From NCBI GenBank assembly GCA_950097015.1, contig CATNEN010000001.1, positions 16,616,001 through 16,680,000 on the forward strand: DNA of 64,000 nt, read 5' to 3'. Both the position numbers and the translations under genes were made by a program. Origin of the DNA: Macrostomum hystrix (taxonomy: Eukaryota; Animalia; Platyhelminthes). The notes under the pieces were generated by a model, which saw only the letters and a list, made by a program, of their open reading frames with translations, did not search any database and had not been told where the DNA came from. This document shows, piece by piece, positions 1 to 11,735 of the stretch (position 1 is its first letter; every line of letters starts with the position of its first letter).

Positions 1-325
1 GTCTGTATGTCTGTTCTGTGTCTGTATGTCTGTTCTAGGTGTCTGTATGTCTGTTCTAGGTGTCTGTATGTCTGTTCTAGGTGTCTGTATGTCTGATCTA
101 GGAGTCTGTATGTCTCTTCTTGGTGTCTGTATGTCTGTTCTAGGTGTCTGTATGTCTGTTCTAGGTGTCTGTATGTCTGATCTAGGAGTCTGTATGTCTG
201 TTCTAGGTGTCTGTATGTCTCTTCTTGGTGTCTGTATGTCTGTTCTAGGTGTCTGTATGTCTGTTCTAGGTGTCTGTATGTCTGTTCTAGGTGTCTGTAT
301 GTCTGTTCTAGGTGTCTGTATGTCT
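1..325. repeat. 21-bp minisatellite (GTCTGTATGTCTGTTCTAGGT)n, intronic in CADPS
   Basis: About 15 near-identical units are visible; the ORF at 26-334 is its translation. Confidence 0.95.
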
Positions 326-834
326 AAAACATAATCTAAAGCAGGTGCTGAAAAATCTGTGCATTATTTACTGCTCATTTCACGTTTTACCGCGCTCCGC
401 AAACGCGCTCTCGCATCACACTACTCACTTGAACTGCGCCAGTAATAAGGAATGATCACCGTTATATTTTCTAAACTGCTTTTCTTATTTCTCAGTAGGA
501 CATTGTTTTAAATATTTTTTCACTACTTCAAAGATTTTTGGAATATTCTGAACACTCTACTAATAGTAATTAGCGTTTGGCCGTCGCATGCCCTAATGTG
601 CAGCGTTGCAAAAACATAAGAAACTCGTTTCTACTAGCACAAGTTGTTTTCTTATTAAATTTCTTTCAAAACACAAAAATATTTTTACTACTGAATTGTT
701 TAACTTAATATCTGTGTGACCCAATCAGTTTGAAGCTAAAGTATGTATTCAAGCAGTTATAACGGACAGTTTCAAAAAATCCAAATTTGTATTCAGATCG
801 TCCTCATCACAAATTTCTATTTGTCTTTATATAG

Positions 835-3800
835 GCCTTCGCCTGGTTCTCCGACCTGCTAGTTGAGCACGCCGAGATTTTCTGGTCCAAATTCGCCGTG
901 GACATGCTGACGGTGCTGGAGAACCAGCCGCCAGATGTTTGGGACTCGTTTCCGCTGTTCCAGCTGCTCAACGACTATTTGAGATCTGACGGTGAGCAGG
1001 TGTTTGAGTGTGCTCAAACTTCTAGTGGGCGTGTCGGCCTCGCCAGTCCATGGACAGAATAGCTGTACAAAAAAATAGCTGCGACTTTGCCACTGGCCGT
1101 GCATGTGGCCCAACTGGGCTAGCTGTTCATATCTATTTTTATTATCTATATAGGTGTGCTTCACAATTTCTTCTCCTCGACTCCACTACACTCCACTCCA
1201 CTCCACTCCACTCCATTCCACTCCAATCCACTCCACTCCCCTCCACTCTACTCCACTTCAATTCACTCCACTCTAATCAACTCCATTCCTCTCCACTCCT
1301 CTCCACTCCACTCCTCTCCACTCCACTTCACTTCACTCCACTTCACTTCACTCCACTTCACTCCACTCCACTCTTATCTACTCTACCCCACTCCACTCCA
1401 CTCTAAGCTACTCTATTAAAATCTACTCCACTGGACTAGCATCACTCTACTCATCTTTTTTCCACTCCACTCTACTCCGATTACTGTGCTCATGCGCCAC
1501 TGAACAATGCTCCAACCCACCCCACTCCACCCGCAGCCAATCTGCGCAGCGGCAAGTTCCATCAGCAGCTGCGGGACATATTCGCGCCGCAGGTGGTTCG
1601 CTACGTGGACCTGATGGAGTCCTCAATAGCCCAGTCCATTCACAAGGGCTTCGAGAAGGAGCGCTGGGCTCTCAAAGGCGCCGGCTGCGCCAGCAGCGAG
1701 GACCTTCTGTGGAAACTCGAGGCGCTGCAGTCCTTCATCTCCGACCTGCACTGGCCGGACCCCGTGTTCGCCGAGCACTTGGACAATCGCCTGAAGCTCA
1801 TGGCTGCCGACATGCTGGAGGCTGCTGGCAAGCGCACGGTGTCAGCCTTCGAGTTGGCGATGAAGCGCACTAGCAAGGGTACCGATTTCATTCTGCCAAT
1901 TGAGGTGTGCGTTATGCTCAACACCTGCGTCAGTTTGAAGGCCAGCGTGTTTAAGTTGTGCACAATGAGCGCCGGCGAGAATATGGTGAGTTTGATTTCT
2001 TAGAAACGTTGAACTAATTTCAGGTGTTTTCTTAGAATTCGGTTGGTATGGTCGGTTCGGTCGGCGATGGTACATTATAGGTTATAGTACATCTGTTCAG
2101 AGTTGCCAAAAGAGCAAGTCAAGTGCAACATAGTCAATTCAAGAAGCAACTCATTCGTTTCTATGTGCATTTTCTCTTCTGCCCTCTTCTCTTCTCATTT
2201 CTCTTCTCTACTGTAACGAACAGAAGGGTGCGAATCGGTCACCATCACATCAAAATGTCGTCACCACGGATGCAAGCCGGCATGTAGCGCTGGACGCGCT
2301 GAAACCAACGTGGTGCCATTTGAGGCTGAATCGCAGCAGTGGCCACCTCGGCGAAACCTGCCAGCTGCGCCATTCGCTCTGGATGAGGCATCTGCAGCAG
2401 GGCAGGGCGAGCTTCCTCGAGATGTCGCTTCAATGCTGCCTTGTAGCAGCTGATTGCATTCTCCACTATGTTGAGCATAGGAGAATATGATGGCAGAGCA
2501 CGAATTGTTTGCTGATGCAGCAGTTGCGGCCATTCGCTCAGAGGGCTCCGCGATGCGCAGGGGCATTGTCACAAATGAGTGCGGCGTCTGGCATGCCATG
2601 AGCCGAAACTTGAAGCAGAAAGGCACGAAACCTGGCATCATTCATTCCGCCCTCCATCATCTCGTGGTGCAGGAGTCCCCTGACTGAAGAAACAGCGAAG
2701 CAGATGGTGACATTTCTTCCTCACTGAGCACCAACTACTCGCACAGCTCGATGTCCCCTTAGAGCTCTTCCTCTGGTTCGCGAGCAGAAAAGGTTGACTC
2801 CGGCCTCATCAATGAAGATCAACTCGCCGCTCTGAATGTCATCATTCATAAGCCAGTCGGCAAACTCACGTCGGAGATGCTTCGTGCCTTCAGAGTTGCG
2901 CTCGGCCGGCGAATCTTCCAGCTTTTTTACGGTGATGAGCCTCGCTTGCAGCGCATTCGCAATCGTTGTCTTTCCAACCACCGGCTTTTGAGGAAGTCGG
3001 AGGTGCAGTTCGCGTCGAATCTGATCTAGCGTAAAAGCAGGCTGATCCTCTACAATCTGCTGCAGAGTGGCACGCATGTCATTGTCCATCTTCCGAGTTC
3101 GAAAGCCTCCCCATCTGTTTGGTCTTGGCGGCTGCTGGCTTCTTCTGACGATTGAATAAGCACTTGTCCGCTCAAATGATTCTATCAGTCGCTGCTTGTC
3201 CCCAGCGGGTATTCTGGCTCGTGCGGCAGCCATTTGCTGTTGAGTTGGCTTTGTCGCACTTGGTTTGGCCTTTTCTCTCTGTCGTCGTCATTGCGCAACA
3301 GTGGGGGGTATATAGAGAAGCGCTCTGATTGGCTAATTTGCTCTTGAACTGGCGTTTGCACTTGACTTGGCTGTTTTGGCAGATAAACTGACTTTCATGC
3401 ACTTGAGATGACAATGTGGCACTTGAGTAAGGCTAGTCTGCTACTTGACCGGAAAAACCTATATTTGGTGACGCTAGACCCGCAGCCAGCGAGGAGGCAA
3501 TTCTGCCCATTTCGCCGACTCCTGAGCACACACGCACACAGATACTGTACGCAGGCATACGCTCACACAGGTGTGTAACATCTGCCCTGACTTTCTCATC
3601 GTCAGGTGCATTGTACACTACTCTCACTGTGCCTTGGAGGTTGGCCCTCAAGGGTGTAAATTGCACGACAAGCCCCCAAGCCTTCTCTCCGCGGCTGCGC
3701 CCTGAAATAATTGTGGCCTCGCTGCAGAATCGAACTCAGGGGCCTTGGTGTGAAAGGCAAACGCGTTAACCGCTCATGCCACCGACCCCCGTAGAAAAAA

Positions 3801-5922
3801 ACATAAACATAAACTGGTCATAAACTCGTTTCTTAGAAATATAAAAGATTCTTAGAAGTGGTCTGTTTGAAATGTATCGGTTTCGTTGAATCGCAATATT
3901 TTAAAGGTGAAAGTCATACTTGATAGAAAAAATGGAAAAATATGCTGCATTTTCATTAAACTAGCAACTAATGTTGACTTCACAGCACGAGTACCACACG
4001 AAGACAGACGAATTCCTCGAAGGTATTCAGTCACGCGTCACTGGCGGCATCATCACCCGCTTCGGCGAGGTGCTCGAAGGCGTCCTATCTCGGCTGGCTC
4101 GGTACGATGAGACGGCGATGTTCTCTAGCATTTTATCGATCGCTAAGCCAACTGACGAGCTGGGCAAAGAGTATATTGAGTTCTGCAGCTCAAACTTGGA
4201 GCAGATCCGGCATCACATCTATGATGAGCTGCTTGTTCTCAGCCTGTTTGATGTGAGCACAGTTGGATTGTACTTTTTAGGAAGAAAAATTTTCTTATTT
4301 TTCATTTTTCAAGGTTTTTACTGCTTTACTTTTTACTTACACCTGTTTGCCTCCCGCACCAAGGTCCCAAGTTCGATTCCGCGGCGAGGCCACATTTATT
4401 TGGGCGCAGCCGCGGAGAGAAAGCTTGGGGGCTTGTCGTGCAATTTACTCCCATGGAGGGCCAACCTCCAAGGCACAGTGAAGTGTACACTGTTCCTGAC
4501 GACGAGAAAGTCAGGGCAGATGTACACACCTGTGTGAGTGTGTGCCTGCGTACAGTATCTCAGTGCGTGTGTCCTCAGGAGTCAGCGAAATGGGCAGAAT
4601 TGCCTCCTCGCTGGCTGCGGGTCTAGTGTCACCAACTGACTTATTAATGAAAGAGTACTCTTACTATTCTTTTGCTTCAACAGAGTTGGTACACTCGACA
4701 AATTCGTCTGATTCACGACTGGCTGGTTAAAGACCGAGCCCAGGTGTCGCTGCACAGCTACCAGGTGTCCTGCCTCGGCTTCATCGTCAAGAAGGTGCAC
4801 GGCGACTTTGAGCTGCAGGGTGTCACACACGATGTGTTAGACACTCGGGTGTATCAGTCGCTTAACTCGAGGATTCAGGTATGTGCTGCGAACTACCAAG
4901 GTCCCCTGAGCTCGATTCCGCGCGGCGAGGCCACAGTAATTTGGGGCGCAGTCGTGGAGAGAAGGCTTGGGGGGCTTGTCGTGCATTTTATGCAGTTTAT
5001 GCAGACAGGATGTGACATGTTAGTCAAGGATGTTACATGTTAGACAGGATGTGACATGTTAGACAAGGATGTTACATGTTAGACAGGATGTGACATGTTA
5101 GACAAGGATGTTACATGTTAGATAGGATGTCACATGTTAGACAAGGATGCTGCATGTTAGACACGGATGTCACATGTTAGTCAAGGATGTTACATGTTAG
5201 TCAAGGATGTTACATGTTAGACAGGATGTGACATGTTAGACAAGGATGTTACATGTTAGACAGGATGTGACATGTTAGACAAGGATGTTACATGTTAGAT
5301 AGGATGTCACATGTTAGACAAGGATGCTGCATGTTAGACACGGATGTCACATGTTAGTCAAGGATGTTACATGTTAGTCAAGGATGTTACATGTTAGACA
5401 GGATGTGACATGTTAGACAAGGATGTTACATGTTAGACAGGATGTGACATGTTAGACAAGGATGTTACATGTTAGAGAATGATGCCACGTGTTAGATGAG
5501 GTGTTCACCTGTTACATGTGAACCTGTTAGATTACACGTTCACCTTTTAGATAAGGTGTTCACCTGTTAGATAAGGTGTTCACCTGTTACATGTGAACCT
5601 GTTAGATTACACGTTCACCTTTTAGATAAGGTGTTCACCTGTTAGACAATGTGTTCACCTGTTAGATAAGGTGTTCAAGGTGTTCACCTGTTAGACACCT
5701 GTTTGCTGAAGCAGCAGTGCCGCCCCATCCCTCTCCTAGACCGAGGAGGCGACGCAGTCAATCAAGATTGGCGAGTCGTCGTCTTCGCCGAAGCCGGGGC
5801 CGAAGTCGCTCCTGGGCAGCATGGCCGGCTCGATATCGTCGCTTAGCAACGGCAAACTGGCCAGCTCTGGCCTATCATCCATCACCAGCACGTTTTCAAG
5901 TTTTCTGCCAAAATCTAATTGA
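835..5922 (+). CDS. CADPS: Calcium-dependent secretion activator (CAPS/UNC-31), 3' exons; 5' part lies upstream of the window
   Basis: Phase-consistent GT-AG exons 835-991, 1537-1985, 3986-4252, 4684-4878, 5740-5922 (TGA). Translation contains CAPS MUN-domain motifs [77 protein letters not shown] and TEEATQS. Confidence 0.93.
1180..1480. repeat. Degenerate (CACTC)n pentamer repeat, intronic
   Basis: Runs of ctccactccact between CADPS exons. Confidence 0.9.
2090..3430 (-). mobile_element. Decayed Tc1/IS630-like DNA transposon in CADPS intron (transposase pseudogene)
   Basis: Minus-strand ORF 3233-2721 has an HTH region and LIFIDEAG. It continues past a stop into [11 protein letters not shown], and after a frameshift into [13 protein letters not shown] (DDE triad). 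Imperfect inverted repeats TTGCCAAAAGAGCAAGTCAAGTGCAA (~2103-2128) and TTGCACTTGACTTGGCTGTTTTGGCAG (~3356-3382). Confidence 0.85.
3463..3790 (-). mobile_element. tRNA-derived SINE family A copy
   Basis: Reverse strand reads GGGGTCGGTGGCATGAGCGG (A box) ... GAGTTCGATTC (B box), followed by a ~250-bp body shared with about 10 other loci in the window. Confidence 0.85.
4345..4639 (+). mobile_element. SINE family A copy (5'-truncated)
   Basis: GTTCGATTCCGCGGCGAGGCC ... GCCTCCTCGCTGGCTGCGGGTCTAG matches the other copies. Confidence 0.85.
4895..4990 (+). mobile_element. SINE family A fragment
   Basis: CCAAGGTCCCCTGAGCTCGATTCC ... GGCTTGTCGTGCA, starting 16 bp after a splice donor. Confidence 0.75.
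5003..5702. repeat. Compound 19-20-bp minisatellite (ATGTTAGACAAGGATGTTAC)n grading into (TTCACCTGTTAGATAAGGTG)n
   Basis: Directly visible tandem units filling the last CADPS intron. Confidence 0.93.
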
Positions 5923-6084
5923 AACGGTAGCTGACAACCAGATTGAACATCAATTAAGTGTTTCTTGGTCCAGTTATTTACCGCTTTGAGTTTCTTCAAT
6001 CGCTTAAACAGCCTATGCCTACCACACGGAAAACTATACTCCAGCTTACTCAATATTCTACTCCAACCTACTGGAAAGTCTACT

Positions 6085-6200
6085 CCAGCCTACTCAAGAG
6101 TCTACTTAAAAACCTACTCAATAGTCTACTTAAAAACCTACTCAATAGTCTACTTAAAAACCTACTCAATAGTCTACTTAAAAACCTACTCAATAGTCTA
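6085..6200. repeat. 24-bp tandem repeat (CTACTCAATAGTCTACTTAAAAAC)n in CADPS 3' region
   Basis: 4-5 units are visible. Confidence 0.9.
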
Positions 6201-7289
6201 GCAATGAATCTACTGAGTCTATATTTAAAGGTTGACTTATTTCACTTTAATTTGTTAGGTTTCTCTTGAATAAATACGAGTAACAATACCCCGCAATGCG
6301 ATTTTTTTACAAAGAATCAGATTTAAAAATTGTGAAATAATTTTTTGTCCAGACAGTGTTTTTTGATGCTCATTTTTATTTGCTTTTTCTGCAACAATGT
6401 CTGTTAGTTAAACTTCTATTTTTATTGATTTGGTCCTGTCTGTGTCACTTCTGAGGTCATGATTTTTTAATATTTTTAGATCTTGGACTTTAGAATTTTC
6501 AGGGATGATATTTTAGGATCTTTAAGTTTGGGGCAATTTTATATTTGAACTATTCAGTTTTTTCTGTTTTGGGATAATTTGGGATCTGGGAGTTTTACTG
6601 TCGTAATTTTTGGTACTGAACTGGTGCTGTTGCAAAATATCTATTCGCGGTCTCATTAAACATATTGTAAAGTACTAAGTTGATTTCGATAGTAAAAGTA
6701 CAGCTGAATGTTTTTCATACGCTGATTGTTGTCTAGTCCGTCAGTTTAATCGGATTAAGCTTGACTTTTAAAAACTGATCTCGCTTCATATTTCCTATTT
6801 TTCATATCCTTATTGTCATTCTGAATGTTCAATTCAATTACGGATTTTCCGACGAAAGAAAATATTTTTTATGTTAGCATTCCGATTGCACTACTAATGC
6901 TACCCATTGTCAGTAGCATCGAGAGCTTTTTACGCTCAGATTATATAAGGCAAAAAAATTTCCGAATATCGAATTATTTTTCCCATCATCTATTGAATTC
7001 GATTTACAGATAGTTTGATGTGGTGATTGATTTTTGTTATGTTTAAGCCTATAGTGCAATGTTGTTAATCGTCTGTGTATACAGTATTAGAACCATAGCT
7101 TCAATGTACGATAATAAAACTACAATGGTTTCCTATTGAAACAGCATTCAATGACCTGTAGTCATTTCGAACTTATAGTCCAGCTTCTTACAAAATGCGA
7201 TTGTTCACAGTCATAATTCATACTTGAAAGACACTGTTCTAATCTGTTTTTTTGGGGAAATGTAAAAGTAACCTTACGAACACATTATA

Positions 7290-7452
7290 AATCTGTTAGT
7301 CACAGACTAGAATCTGTTAGACACGGACTGGAATCTGTTCGACACAAACTAGAACCTGTTAGACACAAGACTAGAATATTTTAGTCAAAGAAATGAACCT
7401 ATTAGATACTCAATAGAACCTGTTAGACACAGACTTAAACCTGTGAGACACA
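7290..7452. repeat. Degenerate ~21-bp repeat with CTGTTAGACAC core
   Basis: Recurrent aatctgttagacac/aacctgttagacac units. Confidence 0.7.
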
Positions 7453-8535
7453 GAATTGAATTTCTATCGAAAAAGCGGTTCTGCTTCTGGCTCGATAGAA
7501 TCTCTCAGCAGTGTCCAGGGAATGGAACTTCTGTTACAGACTTACAAATCTAATTTTCTCTTGTACGAGAGGAGTTCTGTTTCTTGAGCTCGGAGTCGAT
7601 AAGGTTTTAGCACCGCCCAAACTGTACTCAAGCTCTGCGTGTTCTGTTTCTGATGAGGCTAAAAACGTCAAAGGAAATGAAGTAAAGTTGAGAAAGCAGA
7701 AGTAAAGTATGTAAGAAAAATTTTTTGGGATGCGGTTTTTTTGGGATTTCAGATCTTTGAGTGCGGAAATTTCAGGTCATCAATTCAATCAATTATTTGT
7801 CATTTGTCAGGGCTTCATATTCTGCTTTCCTCCCTCCGTCCCGAAAGGGGGAATTTAGTTGCTAGTCAATTGTACTAAAAATGAAAACTGTGTGTCTGCC
7901 AATTCACTCCATGCGAACGCTTTGTCCGATTTTCGCGATTCTTTCTCTAAAAAATCGCCTTCTAAACGATTAGAATAGGGCTCGAGATTTCAATAATTGG
8001 ACTTTCATATTTCGCAATGTTAGCGAGACCTCTCCTATTTTCTATCCCTAAAAACTGCAGCCTATATACTCGACTTCATCGATCATTGTGCCGCTTTCGT
8101 TTCTTTTCTTAGCTCCGAAGTTTATCGGTACTTTAGCTGTGCGGAATGCAGGACAAATTTCAGCATCAGTTTTGCTACTGCTTCTTTTTATTATAATCTT
8201 CTATCATCTGCAGTTAAAAACAGAAGTATCAGTTTTGCATTCTTTATTCGGTTTTTTGGTACAATTAACTGTTAATGGTAAGCGCTTTTGATTAGCTACT
8301 GTCGAAGCAAATATTTGTTAGCTTTATTACTCTTCTCGCTCTCAGAAAAGAATATAATATTTTGTGAGTACAGCAGAAAGTGTAATTTAATTGATACATA
8401 ACGGGGGAAAGAGTTTTACAGCATATACGAGGTATGTCCCAAAAGTAGTGTTTCTTTTTATCATACTAGCCGTACCTTTTGTCCATAATTGTGATTTTTA
8501 CAGTCTTATTGTCTTTATATATTAACTGTATATAC

Positions 8536-8864
8536 TTAATCCCCAGCTTGGCCCGGCCTATTTCCTATTAATTCTATGTATTCATTATTTAACTGGCCTA
8601 AGCCAGTCATTTAACGGCCTATGCCGATTAAACATATAGTCTATGGTCACAGTTGCTGTAAACTGTTTTAGTAGTGCAATCTCGGGAGCCGGGCCAAGCT
8701 TTAGGATTAAATACTATAATACCCCCCTGAACTCGTTGTCTATGGCCTAGGAACGGCTTCGGACTGCGCTTCTGGGCCTCGGCTTCGCCTTGGGCCAAGA
8801 AACGCGTCCTCAGCCGTTCGTAGGCCAAAGAAACGAAATCAGGGGGGTATTATTCTATACTTAA
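8536..8864. mobile_element. Two adjacent TTAA-bounded foldback/MITE-like elements (8536-8710 and 8707-8864)
   Basis: Inverted arms TTAATCCCCAGCTTGGCCCGGC / GCCGGGCCAAGCTTTAGGATTAA. The second element is a ~140-bp imperfect palindrome ATAATACCCCCCTGA ... GGCTTCGCC ... TCAGGGGGGTATTAT. Confidence 0.65.
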
Positions 8865-8871
8865 CTATATA

Positions 8872-10318
8872 CACTCAGCCACATTGAAAAGTTTCCACCC
8901 TAGCGCGCGAAGGGGCAACGTTTTGGTCTGTGGAGATATTCGTGGTTTGAGCCATAGACAAATATATAATCCGGAATCGACCGAAGCAAAGGAACAGCAA
9001 AGAAACAAAGTACGCGAGCATGGGTGACAACTCGCCCAGAACAGGGTCAGTAACGCGTATAGCAGCCACGTGAGTGCAGCAGAGCGCTCACTCTCCGGGG
9101 CATCCCCAGAACCAGGCGTCGCAGAAAATCTTGCGGTAGTTGTTGCCATGCAGTAGACAGTGATTCGCGCAGTTGGGCAACATTTTGCGGCGGATTGTCG
9201 CGCCGAATCGAGCGCTTCAGGTAATCCCAAACGTGCTCTATGGGATTCATGTCCGGTGATCGGGACGGCCAGCGCAAGGTTCGCAGGTGCAGCAGCTCCT
9301 TCAGATGTGCCACAGCGGCTGCGCGATGCGGTGGGGCGTTGTCGTCTTGGAGGACGCAGTTCCTCACGCCACCACATGAAGCATCAATGAAGGGCAGCAG
9401 GCGCGTCTGTAGAAGGTTGGCGTACGACTCGGCAGTCACAGTCGCATCCAGGAACACGAGCTCCGTCTTCGCGTGCATTGTGATGCCTGCCCACACGTGA
9501 ATAGAAGCTGACTGGCTCTCAGAGTTTTGCACGTGCTGCGGCAGCATCTCCTGGCGCGGCTGGCGCCACACGCGAATGCGGCCGTCGGCACGGAACAATC
9601 GAAAGCGGCTCTCATCTGTGAAAATCACTCGCCGCCACTGCTGCTGCCTCCAGTGGACCCTTTGCATTGCCCATTGTTCCCGGCTGGCCACATGGGTTGG
9701 GGTCAGGCGTGACCGTTTGCGCATCTTACGGGATCGCAGCCCCGACTCCCGCAATCGTCGTCGGATGGTTTGGGCGCTCAGGACATTCCCTCGCCTGCTT
9801 CTTTCAGCCCACATCAGCCGTAGCAGGGTGGCTGGCAATGTGGGGCTTCCCTTTACCATTCGCAGCAATCGCCGGTCCGCCCTCCTAGTTGTACTGCGCA
9901 TATTGAGCCGCAGGCCGCGCGTGGCGTGCGCCACGCTGCCCGTTTCTCTGCACTTGATCTGCAGTTTGCGGATTGCTGTGTGTGACCGCCCAATTTGGCG
10001 AGCAACAGCTCGGATGGACATCCCAGCGTCCAGCATGCCAATGGCGCGCGCTCGTTCCAGGTCGGTCATTTGGCGAACCATTGCGTTCGGTTGCGAACGT
10101 GGATTTTAGACTCCTGTAAGATGCTGCTGTCTGCTCCATGTGACTGTTTCCTTCGACTTGTCTGGCGTCTATGACCCAAGTTTTTGAATTCTATGGCCCA
10201 AGTGCGTGTTGACGAAATCATCAATCGTCTATGGCACAAGTCTGGCGACAAAAACCAGTTTTGAAACTCTAAATATACAACTTGCGCGAGGGTGGAAACT
10301 TTTCAATGTTGCTGAGTG
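8872..10318 (-). mobile_element. Full-length Tc1-family DNA transposon (1447 bp)
   Basis: ~35-bp TIRs CACTCAGC(C/A)ACATTGAAAAGTTTCCACCCT, TA duplications at 8870-8871 and 10319-10320, and an uninterrupted transposase ORF. Confidence 0.96.
9047..10081 (-). CDS. Tc1-like transposase, DD34E, 344 aa
   Basis: N-terminal paired-like HTH and motifs VIFTDESRF, LQDDNAPPH, WPSRSPDMNPIEHVW; 34 residues lie between the second D and the E. Confidence 0.96.
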   Translation of the reverse strand: MVRQMTDLERARAIGMLDAGMSIRAVARQIGRSHTAIRKLQIKCRETGSVAHATRGLRLNMRSTTRRADRRLLRMVKGSPTLPATLLRLMWAERSRRGNVLSAQTIRRRLRESGLRSRKMRKRSRLTPTHVASREQWAMQRVHWRQQQWRRVIFTDESRFRLFRADGRIRVWRQPRQEMLPQHVQNSESQSASIHVWAGITMHAKTELVFLDATVTAESYANLLQTRLLPFIDASCGGVRNCVLQDDNAPPHRAAAVAHLKELLHLRTLRWPSRSPDMNPIEHVWDYLKRSIRRDNPPQNVAQLRESLSTAWQQLPQDFLRRLVLGMPRRVSALLHSRGCYTRY

Positions 10319-11364
10319 TATATTAACTCAAACATATTTTTAAACGGACTATGGAAACGAAAGTTATGAACAAAAAAGTGACAGGACTTCTACCATAGAA
10401 TTACAGTAAATCGAAAAGTTTTTGCAAAAGTGCTTTTGGTTGAGTACACTCTTTCAATCAAAAATTCTTCTCTATTTGCTGGGACATGGACTTGTCTCTT
10501 GAAAAAAACACATTCTGAAAAACTTAAGCAGCAGATTGCTTCTCACTGGATCTGACAACGCGGGGATCAGCGGCAGCGCGTGTGTCAGGAGAAGCTGGAG
10601 CTTGTCAGACAACATGGTTTTGGCAAATTGTTGTTACTGGTGACGGGAGTCCACGGTTTGGATGGCCTTGTTAAGGCAGACCCTCCTGTTAAGGCAGAAT
10701 ATAGACTAGATGTCAATGGATAGCAGCATGAGATATCAAATAAATGGTTTGGAATTTGTGGGGAAAAGCATTTGATATCTAGGGAATATCTGAAAGAGAA
10801 AAAGCATTAGATTTCCTGGGGGATAACATACTACTTTAAGGGTATAGCAATTTTTTTTCAAGAGGAAAAAAATTTATTAAAGGGATGCATGGTTTAATGC
10901 GTTCGTTACTCTCTGAGTAAGGTGTGTTACACACACCGGTGGCGCTGGCGCTTTGTGCGTGCGTGCGTGTACTCGGGAGGCGGTGGGGGCGTGGGGTGGC
11001 TGGCTGCGCCGGCTCGTTTTAAGCCCCCGCACTCCTGCCGTCTCACCTCTGCCGCGATTTGTTAAATTTTTTTTCTAAATCTGTTTTAATTCTCTGATTC
11101 GCCAAATATACTCCGCATTCGTTCCGATCCTTTCGGGATCTTTTGTTCGGCCGCTGCCTGCCTTTCGCACTCGCTGTCTTCCTCGCTTCTGGTCCCTCCG
11201 GTGTGTTTAACAAGGGGGAAGCATGGATTATCGACGGAATAGAATGAATTATCGAGAGGATAGCATTCTGAAAAACTTTCGTAATTGCACAGATTATTTC
11301 CATGGCAGGTTTAAGCTCCACAAAGGGGGGCATTGTTGCTAGTTGCTAGTTGCTAGTAATCAAC

Positions 11365-11735
11365 TAATAATAATAATAATAATTGCAGGAGGGCTGCGGG
11401 CAATGGAACATCATTTGGTGACACTAGACCCGCAGCCAGCGAGGAGGCAATTCTGCCCATTTCGCAGAATGCTCCTGAGCACACACGCACACAAATACTG
11501 TACGCAGGCATACGCTCACGCAGGTGTACATCTGCCCTGGCTTTCTCATCGTCAGGCAGTGTACACTCTCACTGTGCCTTGGAGGGTTGGCCCTAAAGGA
11601 CGTAAATTGCACGACAAGCCCCCAAGCCTTCTCTCCGCGGCTGCGCCCCAAATGAATGTGGCCTCGCCGCGGAATCGAGCTCAGGGACCTTGGTGAGAGA
11701 GAGCGAACACGTTAACTGCTCTGCCACTCACCCCC
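11365..11735 (-). mobile_element. SINE family A near full-length copy with (ATT)n tail
   Basis: tRNA-like head at 11660-11735, full body, and a (TAA)n tract at 11365-11382 on the + strand. Confidence 0.88.

Noticed and set aside
4601-4625. Calling a functional HDV-like ribozyme in SINE-A
   Set aside because: P3/L3 matches, but no 5-7-bp P1 followed by the P1.1 GG can be built. Kept only as a lead, not as a feature.
11660-11735. tRNA genes at SINE heads (also 18392 and 39524)
   Set aside because: A and B boxes are present, but there is no complete cloverleaf or acceptor stem and each runs into a dispersed repeat body.
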